Positions 51,351 to 64,000 of a DNA stretch of 64,000 bases are shown piece after piece. The stretch is taken from positions 105,028,001 through 105,092,000 of the forward strand of contig OX597819.1 of the NCBI GenBank assembly GCA_951406725.2, in the 5' to 3' direction. The position numbers and the translations under genes were made by a program. Position 1 is the first letter of the stretch. Every line of letters begins with the position of its first letter. The notes below the pieces were generated by a model. The model worked only from the letters and a program-made list of their open reading frames with translations. It searched no databases and was not told the origin of the DNA. Origin of the DNA: Octopus vulgaris. Its lineage: Eukaryota.

Positions 51351-53233
51351 TTAAGCTGGTGTTTGGAACAAATTAGCATGAAATTTTGATGAAAGGTGTT
51401 AATTTAGATCGTCTTTAAACAAGAAATTTGTATCATAGAACCAGGGACAGTGGTTCAGTATCAAAAGGACTTAAAATGTTCTCAGCGAAGAGAGGTTGAT
51501 CAGGGCTAGAAATATTTTATCAGTTAATTTGTTATATGTTAGCTTAACCCTTAAGCATTTAAACTGGCCAGATTTGGCCTCCTACACCTACTGTACAATG
51601 TCATTCTAAAAATAAATAATCACCTCATTAAAATTTCAAAGTTATGAGATAATACGTGATTAATTCAAAACAATGTGAATGAATAAGCTTCGCATTTGAT
51701 AGAGTAATATCTGAATGCTAAAGGGTTACGTAAATTAACTGGATTTAGCCTCCAATAGCATTTCATCATCAACTTTTTCCATGCTGGCATGAGTTGGACA
51801 AAAATTATTAAAGCAGTATTCAATGGCTGGATGCCTCTCATCTCGTCAACTCTTGTCTGTTTTTTTTTTTTAAATGGTATTTTTATTTTACTGTTTCTTC
51901 ACACATTGAAACCGGTGGAACCATTGAACTATACAGTATGAATTGTTTATGGGAGATGTAAACAACATTGCATCCTAAACAATGTTAATGTGAAGACATG
52001 GAAAGACAAACATATATATGCACACAGACAATGGCTTTCTGAACAGTTTCCATTCTCCAATTTTGTTTACAAGGCATTTGTCAGCTAAAGACTCTAGTTG
52101 AAGACACTTGTCTAAGATGCCATGTAGTGAGGCATGAACTAGAATCTAATTTAAAAGCAGGTGATTATGAAGAAAACTTTACAGCCATCCTTACACCTGT
52201 CAACAACAATGTACTATTCTTAATTACCAGTTAAGGTGGTTGTTTTTTTTTATGAATTAGTTGCTGGTTGTTGTTGTTAGTTAGCCTTCAAGTTTGTTCT
52301 GCTCAAGTAGACCTGTAGTCAGAAGCATTCCAGCTGTGACATTCCCATCTTTTTCTCAGACATACTGTGGATAGGTGCAGGCGTAGCTGTGTGGTTAAGA
52401 AGATTGTTTTATAGCCATGTGTTTTCAGGTTCAGTCCCACTGAGCAAATATCTTCTGCTATAGTCCCAGGGTGACCAATTCCTTGTAAATGAATTTAGCA
52501 GACAAGAAATTGTAGGAAGCCCATCACATGTGTGTGTGAATGTTCTCCACACTTGATACTGCTTCAACAATACCATGGTAAATATTAGCATTTTTGTTGA
52601 TATTATGACCAGTCATTCTACACTTATGAAGACCTCTGGATTAAAGAGAAATCCCTTATGTGGCAAAATAGGTGAGGGTTAGTGACAGGAAGAACATCCA
52701 GCTATAGAATCTTACCTCAGATAACTCATCATCTAATCCATACCAGCAGTGAAAAATGGACATTAAATGAATTTACGAAATGTGTCTAAAACTATATTGT
52801 ACTATGTGTTCTATTTTTAAGATGGTAGAGTATGACTTGAGGGAGATGAAACTGTTGTTTCTAGCAGGTGTATTTCCATTTTATAGGCTTTTCTTTATAG
52901 GCCAGTGAGAGTGTTAATGGCCAATCTGAACATCTACAAGATAGAACAGAATGGGCTGTTAGTTTGCAGTTTGGTGGGCTGACAGGTATCTTTAAAAAGG
53001 GTTATACTGCTCTTTCTAGGGTTACCTGTCACTTTCTCATAGGAGGGAGAAGACTTGAGTTGTTAGTGAGTAGGAAATACAATCAGCTGTAACAGTACAT
53101 ATGCCAGTATTCAAAATTTCTGTTATAAAAACAAAGGGATACACCAGTAGCATAGTGTATCCCTGCATAACCTCAGTCCAGTAAAAGGGTAAAGAAAATC
53201 TCCATTGATTATTGTCCTGTTTTTCCTTTTTAG

Positions 53234-53395
53234 GTATAAATATTTCCCACGAAAACACAGATTTTTAACAGAAGAAGAATACATTACTCAAGGAGCCATA
53301 GAAACAAAGAATGCCTTGGAAAATCTCAGGGTGTATTGCCTCAGTCCTGATTGTAACCATTGGAAAGTAGTCAACAAACTTACTTCTCCTAAAAG
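53234..53395 (+). CDS. NEMP1: NEMP exon 7 (nucleoplasmic conserved domain)
   Basis: RFLTEEEYITQGAIETKNALENLRVYCLSPDCNHWKVVNKLTSPKR matches the NEMP hallmark LLTEEEY..QG..ET..AL..LR..C.SP....W......SP.RF; phase 2 to 2. Confidence 0.95.
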
Positions 53396-53474
53396 GTATG
53401 TGTAATAAATCTGGTGGAGCGAAAAAGGTACTTTTTACACAGATTTTCGAAATATGGTTTCAATATATTTTTTA

Positions 53475-53730
53475 TTGTGAAATCCTTTAAAAATAACTGT
53501 GTTAAAATCTGAAGTTCTTAAATTTACATCTTCAGGCTCTACAGCTCACTTGAAATTTTGAGTAATGAGTGAAAAATCAATTTATAACACGTTTGCGATT
53601 CCTCATTTTATTTTACATTCTTTGTTACAAATCGATTTTCTTTTGCAAAATCCTTTAAAAACAAGTGTATTAAAATCTCAAGCTCTAAAATTTATATCTT
53701 CAGATTCTGCAACGCACTTGAAATTTCAAA
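53475..53730. repeat. Diverged direct repeat, period about 170 bp
   Basis: aaatcctttaaaaa...ttaaaatct.aag.tct.aaattta.atcttcag...cacttgaaattt occurs at about 53481 and 53648. Confidence 0.75.
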
Positions 53731-53732
53731 AT

Positions 53733-54552
53733 TCATCATCTTTTATTGTCCATTTTCCAAGCTGGCATGTGTTGGACAGTTTGACTGGGGACTGGCAAGC
53801 CAGGAGGCCACAACATGCTCCAATCTGATCTGATAATCTTTCTACAGCTGGATTCCTTTCCTAACGAAAACCACTCCAAGAGTGTAATGGGTGCCTTTAT
53901 GTGCTACTGGCCGGTCAGGTGGCACTGGCATCAGCCATGTTTGGATGGTGCATTTTACATGCTGCTGGCACAGCAGCCAGTTGGGGTGGGGAGGCTGGCA
54001 TCGACCACGCTCGGATGGTGCTTTTTACATGCCACCAGCACAGGGAGCCAGTCAGGCGACACTGGCAATGACCTACGCATGAATGGTGCTTATTGCATGC
54101 CACCAGCATGGAAGCCAGTCAGGTGGCACTGGTACCGGCCACAACTACAATTTTCATTTGATTAAGATTTGACTTTTGATTTTGATTTTACTTGACTCAA
54201 TAGGTCTCCTCAAGCACAGCATGTCACCCGACAATTCAGGGCTGGTTATGTGACACTGGTGTAGGCTACGTCTGAGATCTCACTTTACTTGCCAGGTCTT
54301 CTCAATCACAGCATATCTCCAAAGGTCTTGGTCTTTTGTCATTGCCTCTGTGAGGCCCAACGTTCGAAGGTCATGCTTCACCATCTCATCCCATGTCTTC
54401 TTGGGTTTCCCTCTTGTATGGGTTTCTTCCACTGTTTAGGAGTGACACTTTTTCACACAGCTCTCCTCATCCATATGCAGCACATGACCATACCAGTGCA
54501 GTCATCTCTCTTGCACACCACATCTGATGCTTCTTATGTCCAACATCTCTCT
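53733..54552 (-). mobile_element. RTE LINE 3' fragment (ORF end + 3' UTR)
   Basis: Reverse complement of the RTE C-terminus (WYGHV...KTWDE.VKHDLRTLGL) and the (GAT)n-tailed UTR. Confidence 0.88.
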
Positions 54553-54774
54553 CAAGGTGGAAATAAATAGACTTTTCGATTTTGTTTTCTGTATTATTTT
54601 TAATACTATGTCACCGAATATATGTGTTACATGAGGTCTAGATTACACACATTAAAATAAAATTACATGTATACCAATTTTTGATTCTTGACACATTTTG
54701 TTGATAAAAGTAATTAACATTTCCAATTTATTTGAAATAATTCCATGTAATTAAATAATAAACTATGGACACAT

Positions 54775-56028
54775 AAGAGGTGCAGCAATATCAAAGGAAG
54801 GCCAACTGGGAAGATAGTTTTTGTATGTGGCAAATGCTTAGGAGCAATAAACACTGAAAATGTGCAGAAAATAGCTTCTGTTACCTAGGTGACAAAGTCA
54901 GTAGCAGGGGTGGATGCTCTGAAAGTGTAGCTGCTAGAATAAGAATAACCTGGGCAAAGTTCAGAGAGCTCCTACCTCCATTGGTGACAAAGGGCCTCTC
55001 GCTCAGAGTAAAAGGTAGATTGTATGACACATGTGTACTAACAGCTGTGCTACATGGCAGTGAAACATGGGCTGTGACTGCTGAGGACATGCATAAGCTT
55101 GAAAGGAATGAAGCCAGTATGCTCTGCTGGACGAGTAATGTCAGTGTGCATACTCGACAGAGTGTAAGTGCCCTGAGAGAAAAGTTGGACTTAAGAAGCA
55201 TCCGATATCGTGTGCAAGAGAGACGACTGTGCTGGTATGGTCATGAGTTGCAAATGAATGAAGGCAGCTGTGTGAAAAAGTGTCACACTCTAGCAGTTGA
55301 GGGAGCCTTTGGAAGATGTAGACCCAGGAAAACCTGGGATGAGGTGGTGAAGCACGACCTTCGAACAGTGGGCCTCACCGAGGCAATGACTAGTGACTGA
55401 GACCTTTAGAGATATGCTGTGCTTAAGAAGACCCGACAAACCCAATGAGACCATAACTCGTGGCCTATGCCAGTGGTGTATAACCAGCCTACTTATGAGT
55501 ACCTTTCATTCATTGGACAATAAACTTTGCTTGCGAAGACTTGTTGAGGCAAGTGAAATCAAAATCGTTGGCATAGCCAATGACAATACTGCCTGATTGG
55601 CACTCGTGCCAGTGGAATGTTAAAAGCACAATCAAAGTGTGATCGTTGCCAGAGCTGCTGACTGGCACTTGTACTGGTGGCACATGGAAAACAACCATTC
55701 GAGCGTGGTCATTGCCAGTACCGGTGGAACGTAACATTCGAGCGTGGTCATTGCCAGTGCCACCAGACTGCTCCCATGCAGGTGGCATGTTAAAAGCACC
55801 TTTTGAGTGTGGTCGTTGCCAGTACCGCCTGACTGGCCCTCATGCTGGTGGCACGTGAAAGCACCCACTAAACTCTCTCGGAGTGATTGGCATTAGGAAG
55901 GGCGTCCAGCTGTAGAAACTTTGCTAGATCAGATTGGAACCTGGTACAGCCTTCTGGCTTGCCAGTCCTCAGTCAAAACTGTCCAACCCATGCCAGCATG
56001 GAAAGCTGACATTAAACGATGATGATGT
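54775..56028 (+). mobile_element. RTE LINE 3' fragment
   Basis: KGLSLRVKGRLYDTCV..AVLHGSETW...WYGH...RPRKTWDEVVKHDL; UTR with short tandem repeats; (GAT)n tail. Confidence 0.92.
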
Positions 56029-56199
56029 AGTGCATTCCTTTCATTCCAGTAATAAAACCAATTAAGTTTTTCGTAGATGACAATTATCATCTCCCTCTCA
56101 AATAAAGAATGGAACAGTCAAAGATTTGTTGTTTTGGAAATTGCTAAAACGACAATGTTAATTGTTTGTTATGTTCAAAATAGATAAAACTAAACAATT

Positions 56200-58869
56200 C
56201 TAATTGATTATTGCTGTATTACCTTTTAATCTGAAGTTCTTTTTGTCTCGAACACTGGAAGTTTTTCTTTTGATTCAGTTCAACTCCTAATGAAACTGTC
56301 TTGACTGTTCTCACCACAAACATTAGCTGATGCTTCTGTCATGAGTTTTGCACATCTCTTCCCTGCTTGGTTGTGGCACAGTAATTTTTCCAGTTGCATC
56401 AATGAAGGTATAAAGGTATTGATTTCTTCATCGGGAAATGCCTGTTAGAGGTGGTTCAGTAACAATAGTGTCCTGCCTGTTAATTATGTCCATGTAGTTT
56501 GAGGCAGCAAAGTTTAAGGTAGGAATTTTGAAAGATCACACAGATTTCCCTTTATACTGTGTTTGAGCCTGCTTTATGTGCCTCCATGCTAGTTCTCGAA
56601 TGTGGATCCATTTATCATGGCCAGCAAAATATTTTCTGGGTGCACAAAGAAAGCATTCCATTGTACAACTGGAAATACAATGTCTTGTACCACTCGATCC
56701 ATTTCTCTCATAGACTCAGTTGTCTTGAACACATTTAGAGCCCCGTTTCTCAAGGAAGAGTTGTGTTTAATTGTGAACCACATTGGCACATAAACTTTCA
56801 TTATGTAAGCAACAGATAATTTCATCATGTTAGAAGGATTCTCGGTGGTAACATACAACTGTAGCATACGATTTGCAGTTGTAAGCCATCGAGAATGCCC
56901 CATTTTACCGGGATTCCTTAATGCCAATTCAGATGAACATTTCCCTTCAGATATCCTGGTGGAGGTCAAGAAGGTATTTTTGATCAGTGCTGAGATTGTT
57001 TCTGTCTACTGATGGTAAGTCCATTGGGATCTGATTAAACTTCACGACACTTAGTGTTTCACATCACTCCAGTCTCTTACCAATCAGCCCAAGAAACCCA
57101 TGAGGCCTGGTAGTTTTTCCATCAAGATTGTTAATAAGATGGCATAAGGGAAGCTCATTTGCATGAAGCTGATACACAAACCAATGCAATGACTTCTTCA
57201 ATTTATCCTCCAAAAGTCTAATGGTGCCTCCTTTTGGTCCTGTATTGAGTGCAGTACCCTCGCAACCTACTGCTATCATGTGATTGGTTACTATCTCATT
57301 GGATTCCAAATAATTCAACAAACCATTGGAAATGGCTTTTGCAGAACCTTTTTTAACAGCAAAGTGCCCAAGATAGCAGGATTCAGGTTCTTCTATCAAT
57401 GAAATATGTTCTTTTTGAATTGTTTTCTTACGAAATGTTTTTCCCATTTGTTCACTTATGAGAGTTGTGTCCCTCCTTCCATTCAAAATACATGGCAGAC
57501 AGTGGTGTATGTGGCCCACCTTCCTGCTGCAGAGATTTATGTTTTCTGGATTGTTCCCGCCTTACTTTTGATCTGTCTATAACGAAAGAACATTCACCAG
57601 ATATACTTGCTGTTAAGTTAGGGATGACTAAACTTGTACAAAAAGCAGCAGCATGGTCTGTCACACTGGTACAGTCACAGACAGAAGCTAGTTCTGGGAA
57701 TTTCATTCGTTTTATTGGTGTTTTTTAACTTAGGTTTTTGCTGACATCTTTTTGTTTCATGGAAAATGGAATTGGAAAATCTTCATCTTTGCTTGCTGAT
57801 CCATTTCCAGATTCACCGCTTGATGAAAATACTATCAATTCAGAATCCTTTGTTGATGTACAAGGGCGACTGTGATCTGACTGATTCTTTCTAATCAACC
57901 TCTGAACATTCTGTTTAGATACTGCTTGATTTATTTTGCCAATGATCATTTTTTGATTTTTCCATTGATGCTATAAAAAATCTTGTTCACTCTGTGGTAC
58001 TTTTTTGTCTCTACTACAACCACAGTTTTTAAAGCAGTTGCACTTGCAACAGGAAAAGTCAAATAAATCTTTTGTTGCATTGTTTTTAAACACAATACAC
58101 TTTGCTTGAAACGATGGCAAATTTTTTCTATTTTTCACAGATTTTAGTAATGTTTGGTACTTTAGATAAAAGTTTAAGATTTTTGGCTTAAATGACTCCA
58201 TCGTAACACAAGGGATGAATGCCTTTTGTCAAAGAAGAATTATCTTTTCTGCTACAATCTCGACAATTTGTTTAATTGAAGGATCTTTCTTAACTACATT
58301 CTTTTCTTTTTCTCATTCAAATAAAACATATTTTAGTACATCCTTGTAAGTTGGCAAAACTCACTCACTAAGATCACATGGAATATCAAATATTGGGCTT
58401 TCAGTATCATGACATGTTATTAGCTTATGAGTCATCACTAAATGTAAACAACACTAAATTTAACACGATCATTGATTTTAATACTATGGCCTAAAGTCAA
58501 GGTACAAAGCAGAAAACTTCACACATGAATAACATACGTCCACACGCAATGACCACTGGAGAGAAGTTCACACTCCCTTTCTCTTTATGGTCAGTGTAGA
58601 ACCTCAAGATATTAGTCAATTGTATGCAACCTTTTGAGGATACTATATTTATTGTTTTGCATTCTTCTATGTAGAAATATGTATCATAATCCATGAAATC
58701 CAAACTTCAACCAAAAATAGTGATTTTTAAAATTTTCAGTTGTGTTGCAAAGCCTGGAAAAGATATTTAACCATAAAGTTCTTTATACACCTTTCTTTTA
58801 ACCGTAATTTGCAACAAAATATGATTCTTGGTTACCAATTTCAAAAGTTGCGTTTTTCACTCCACCCTA
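56200..58869 (-). mobile_element. Near full-length decayed hAT-superfamily (hATm-like) transposon
   Basis: LPTYKDVL, DLFD.SCCKC...C.C....KVP..E..FL, VIDRSKVRR, NGRRDTT, EHIS.IEEP...YLGH, GCEGTALNTG..GG.IRLLE, W...QLHANELPL.HL, HSRWLTTANR, NAFF.HPEN.LLAM. Terminus TAGGGTG at 58869. Confidence 0.82.
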
Positions 58870-59113
58870 AGCCTTCAATTATATAGATTGTTGTATGAAG
58901 CTACAAATAAGTAAGGGTCAGATATGAGCCCTAGTACTTGTTTAATATTTATTTTATCAATCATAATTACAGGTATGGAACTTCAAGTTCCATCCTATCC
59001 TGCAGCATGGCACTTTGGTCAAGAGTTATGTACTATAGCCTGGGTTCTGGAATTTGATAGACAGAAATTGTATGAAATTTTGTTGTGTATATGTGTGGTT
59101 GTGTGGGAATGAG

Positions 59114-59436
59114 TGTTTGTTTTCATAGGTAAACATGCCCTTACAGTTTGGTGGTTTCATGTGTGAAAACTAGTGGAATAAAAACACTTTAACAAGTAAC
59201 AGCTGGCAATAAGGCCTCTGGCCATAAAATACTGCTTTAATGCTTTATCATTCACTACTGTATCAATGTGATGTTTGTTTTCATAGGTAAACATGCCCTA
59301 CAGTTTGGTGGTTTCATGTGTGAAAACTAGTGGAATAAAAACACTTTAACAAGTAACAGCTGGCAACAAGGCCTCTGGCCATAAAATACTGCTTTAATGC
59401 TTTAGCATTCACATTACTGTATCAATGTAATGTTTA
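59114..59436. repeat. Recent tandem duplication, 2 x about 158 bp
   Basis: tgtttgttttcataggtaaacatgccct... starts at 59114 and again at 59272; units nearly identical. Confidence 0.95.
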
Positions 59437-61380
59437 TTTATTAGTGAGTGTGAGTGGTCACATCTGGCTGGTTTTAAGATAAAACAGGTAAATTATTTTG
59501 GCCAGATATGGCTGCTTTAAATGCTGAAGGGTTAATAATCTCATCCAGCCCATGTCAGTATGAAAAAAAAAGCAGATGTAAAAACAATAATGATAGTGAA
59601 ATCACATATAAAGCTGGCCTTGAACTTGGAAGATAGAATGACGAAACTAAACTCTAGGAAGAATTTGTCTGGTAGTTTAGTTATTTTTGCTGCTTGAGCA
59701 TTCTTTGGAAAAATATCCTTGATAGTCCAAAGTAATATGTCAATGCCTATGACTTTTATAGGCCATTCCACACTGGTGAGATTGATATATATATAAACAA
59801 TATAATGATTGGATAGTTGTAGGTTAATGACTACAGGAAACACATAGGGACGGTAGTTGTTCTAGGAAGGAAAGATTGAATAAATAAAATGTAATTTTTT
59901 TTTTTATTTATTGTTGGATCTGGAGGAAGAACAATACTTATTGTCTTTTGCATGCCTTCTGAGACTGGCAGAAATGATGCAGTTAATGTTCCTTTTGAAC
60001 CATTGTATGTCAATACCATCTAGAGAAATGTGAGCAAAGAGGGTGTTTCAGAGAAGTGATGTTCTAGAAAGGAAGGACTGGGTGAGTGGCTAGTGCTAGA
60101 CCTGCTGGTTTGGACAAAACAAGGGTAAAAGAGGTGGAAGTTCCATCTCTTCACAAGGCTTTGATCTGTCTATGATTGTAGTGGAGACACTTGCTCAAAG
60201 TGCTACACAATAGGACTGAACTTGAAACCACATGGTTGGGAAGTGAACTTCTTAACCGCATATACCTTTACCTATACATGTATAAATGCACATGTTTGTG
60301 TTGGCAAGAAAGCAGAAAAACCACTGAGCAGTGAACAAAGTTCCTTTATATATCCTGCACTTAGTTACAAGCACTCTCTTGTGATTCTTGTCATCAAAAA
60401 TGCAATGAATCAGTTATTTGCTCATTGGAAACCTGTAACCAACAAAGCTGTTATTCACAACTCGCGATATAAATGAATATAAGTTATGGTGCATCTATTT
60501 CACTAAAGAGCTCCAACAAGGACAAAACATAAACAGAATTATCTCCCATATATTCAGATGTAAAATATTATTAGTCATTTATAAAAGTTTTTTCTTCTTT
60601 CACTGCTTATTTGAATTTTTAATGTTTAATCATTTGATTTTAACTAACAACAGATTGCATAGACATTCCACATATTGATTAATGTGTGTTGTAGTACTTC
60701 TTCACTATTTGTATTTTTGGTGTTAGTCTAAGCTTTGATGAAATAAATCATTGTTTTTCACTGAGCTGCTGATTTCAAAGATAAAGACAAAAAGAAATGC
60801 TTTTTGTATATGTTTGTAGAATTTGTGCTGCTTCTACTTCTCTAAAATTACCATCTCTTTACCAACCCCAGTTAAATCTGCTTAATGCACCACTTGAATA
60901 TCCATTATCCTTTTTAATGTGTCCTATCTTCTAGATCCTTCATCTTTAGAATGACATCTCTCAGTGAAGCTTAGGTAATTGGGGTGTTTAGCTCATGTTC
61001 ACAAGATCATTGGTTCAGTTCCTGGACTGGGTGGTGCTTTGTGTCTTTGAGTAAGATACTTCATTTGACATTCTCTTGGTCAACTTGTGAGTCATGATTA
61101 CTGTCTGGGTGCTGCGCAGCCCTCTGTACCAGCTATCACATCCTTGATGTTCTTAGAGTGTGCCTATGTCACATTGCAACTGCAAAGGTATCTAAAATGA
61201 TTAGTGAAAGTGCAGTGTATGCCACCAAGTCATACACACTCTCAAGTGACCACTGGCTGTACTGGTACCATCTGTGTGCAACTTTCCACTTGCATCTTCC
61301 TTTGAGCTGCTGACAATTCCAACTGGACATTGAATCTCATTAATGTCACTCCGTCTGTGCAAACTGCCTAAAAATGTTTT

Positions 61381-61745
61381 GGACATAACTCCCCCATCTT
61401 CCATCTTCCTGCTCTTTAAATTACTCTACAGAGAAAAATTATTTAATTATCTTTTTTCATTCAAGATTTACTAGTTTCATATTAGGGAGCTAATACATCA
61501 TTAATGATGAGCTGTTTGTTTCTCTGTATCACATGGGAGAACTAGAACAAAGCTCCAATAATACTATGGACATAACCTTCTCTTCCACCTCTTTCAAATT
61601 ATTCTGTGGATAAAAAAGAAATAATTTTAATTTTTATTTTCTTTCTAGATTTACTAGTTTCATTTTAGGGGATTCCCACATTACCGATGAGGAGTTGTTA
61701 CACTATAATACAGATACAGGAGCACTAGAACAAAGCTCTGATGAC
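61381..61745 (+). repeat. Tandem duplication (about 185 bp) spanning the NEMP last intron/exon junction
   Basis: ggacataac at 61381 and 61568; ag|ATTTACTAGTTTCAT at 61466 and 61649; CTAGAACAAAGCTC in both copies. Confidence 0.9.
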
Positions 61746-61805
61746 AGTCTGGTCGGTCAAGGATCAGGATCAGATATTGAGCTGAACTGGGATGAGTCTT
61801 TCTAA
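61649..61805 (+). CDS. NEMP1: NEMP exon 8 (terminal, acidic tail)
   Basis: ttctag acceptor; (R)FTSFILGDSHITDEELLHY...DDS...WDESF* (cf. RFADFVEGSSHLT..E). Full CDS is 1257 nt = 418 aa. Confidence 0.92.
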
Positions 61806-63465
61806 AGTACCTCAACTTTTTTTTACTAAGTTTATGAATTATTTTGCTGCTGGGTAATTTGAGCTTTTCTCATTCTTTTCCAAAATAAGAGAAAACAAAA
61901 AAAACAATTGTATATACATAAAAGATTTGTATTCATTCAATGATTTTTTTCTTGTACAGTATGTTACTGATAATTTCCACTTGTAATATATATATTATCG
62001 ATCAAATATGTTTTTTTGTGTAGACCATTTTAATGTTTCAAATTTTCTGAATCAAAAATAATTTTACAAAAATATAAAATTTTGCTTTTCAATAATTTGA
62101 GCTGTGTTTGATTTTTTTATTTAAATTGTTTCTTTAAAAGCACAGGCATACCCCCTTGTTATGGTTCCATTGAAAGACTTGTTTTCCTCACTAACTTCCA
62201 TGTTCTGTAACATGGAAGCCAATAAGAAAATGGGTTTTGTCTAAGAGACTTTCATGTTATGACAAAATCTTCAGCAGCACAATGCTTTCGTAAGTTTAGG
62301 AGAGGTATTCTTGTATTTATAATGCAACTTGGCTGTTTATAAATATGATTACCTAATGTTGGTAATGTTACAGGAATTATACGATAGCTCTGCAAGTTAG
62401 GCACAGGCATTGCTGTATAGACACAGTTGTGACTGTGGTGAAGAAGCTTGCTTCCCAACCATGTGGTCTTGGGTTCCGTCCCACTGTGTGACAGCTTGAG
62501 CAACTGTCTTCTACTATAATCTCTAGTTGACATAAGTCTTATAAGTGGATTTGGTTTATGGAAACAGAAAGAAGACTATTATATATGTGTGGGTGTAAAT
62601 GTGCACTTGTATACCCTTGTCTTGACATCATATGGCAGTTGTAAGCAAGTATTACCCTTATACAAGCAATGTTGTTCAATTCCAGTCCCCCTTGGAAAAT
62701 ATCTGGACATCATCATCATCTTCATCATTTAATGTCTGTTTTCCATGCTGGCATGAGTTGGATGATTTGACTGAAAACTGGTAAGCTGGGGAGCCGCACC
62801 AGGTTCCTATTTAATTTGGCATGATTTCTACAGCTGGATGCCCTTCCTAACATCAACCACTCCAAGAGTGTAGTGAGTGCCATTTATGTGATATTGGCAT
62901 TGGCCATGACTACAATCTCACTTGGCTTGACAGCTTTTCTCAAGTACAGTATATCGCCAAAGGTCTCAGTCACTTGTTATTGCCTCTGTGGGGCCCAACA
63001 TTCAAAGGGTGTTTTTTACATTGATTCATCCAACTAAAAGTTTTTCAAGATAGTGTCTCAGCGTGGCCACAGTCTAATGACTGAAACAAGTAAAAGATAA
63101 AAAATAAAATATAATCCATTTGGCTTTGCTTTGACAAAGAAGTATCCAAAGGATATCCTGTGGAGGACCCATGGTTTTGTAGCTAGATCAGCTTTCCAAA
63201 TAATGGCTATGTAAGTGCAGATATAGGCTGCATGATTTAGAGGCTCAATTTGCAGCCATGATGTTTTGGGTTCAATCCTGCTGCATAGCATCTTGGAAAA
63301 GTGTTTTCTACTATAGTTTCAGGTTGATCTTGATCTTGTGAGTGGAATTTGAAAACTTCAGATTCCTGGAGTGTAAAAATGTATGATGAAATATGTGGAT
63401 AGTGTCTTTTGCTATAGCCCCAGGTCAACTGAGGCATTGTGAGTTGATCTGGTCAGCAGAAACTC

Positions 63466-63496
<31 letters not shown>

Positions 63497-64000
63497 CTTT
63501 TTATTCTTTTATTTGTTTCAGCTATTTGACTGTGACCATGCTGGGGTACTTCCTGAAAAGGTTTTACTTGAAGAAATCAACCCGATCTTGTAAACCTAGT
63601 ACTTATTCTGTCAGTCACTTTTGCCAAACTGCTAAGTTATGGGGATGTAAACACAACAGCATTGGCTGTCAAGTGATAGTGGGAGGACAAACAGACATAA
63701 ACATGCATACACACACACACACATATATATATACACAGCGGGCTTCTTTCAGTTTCCCTCTCCTAAATCCATTCACAAGGCTTTGGTTGGCCTTAGGCTT
63801 TAGTAGAAGACATTTGCCTAAGGTGCCACACAGTGAGACTGAACCCAGAGCCATGTGGTTAGGAAGCAAGCTTCTTACCACGCAGCCATGTCTTTACATA
63901 TGTATATATAAAGTATATGACAGTGTGTGTGTGTGTGCACATGCATGCTCATATGTGCATTTATAAATGTTTACATTCTGTCATTCACATGAAAATAGCC

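Noticed and set aside
55590-55870. Short repeats with variable spacers (tgccagt...ggtggcac...aaaagcacc), superficially CRISPR-like
   Set aside because: They are internal tandem repeats of the RTE 3' UTR, present in each copy; eukaryotic context and no cas genes.

Overview
AT-rich, repeat-dense animal DNA, very probably an octopus (coleoid cephalopod), judged from its tRNA-derived SINE families, (GAT)n-tailed RTE LINE ends and TA/TG microsatellites. Three spliced protein-coding genes were reconstructed by hand with phase-consistent GT-AG introns: (1) the 5' part of cytoplasmic dynein-1 intermediate chain (minus strand; exons 18002-17904, 12104-12017, 1766-1688; continues off the left edge); (2) SDHAF3/ACN9 (plus strand, 2 exons, 114 aa), head-to-head with the dynein gene across about 850 bp; (3) NEMP/TMEM194 nuclear envelope membrane protein (plus strand, 8 exons, 27309-61805, 418 aa). 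Introns and intergenic DNA hold decayed transposons: RTE, CR1/L2, CRE and Penelope-like retroelements, a Gypsy gag, pogo, hAT/hATm, Merlin, piggyBac MITEs and a Helitron-like element. Most short ORFs in the track are repeat artefacts. I found no multi-gene novel system. The best leads are two paralogous miRNA-like hairpins in dynein intron 1, a tandem duplication of the NEMP last-exon acceptor that could give a tail-less isoform, long intronic inverted repeats (candidate ADAR substrates), a strong uORF in NEMP, and some less common TE lineages. Family names come from recalled motifs, not database searches.
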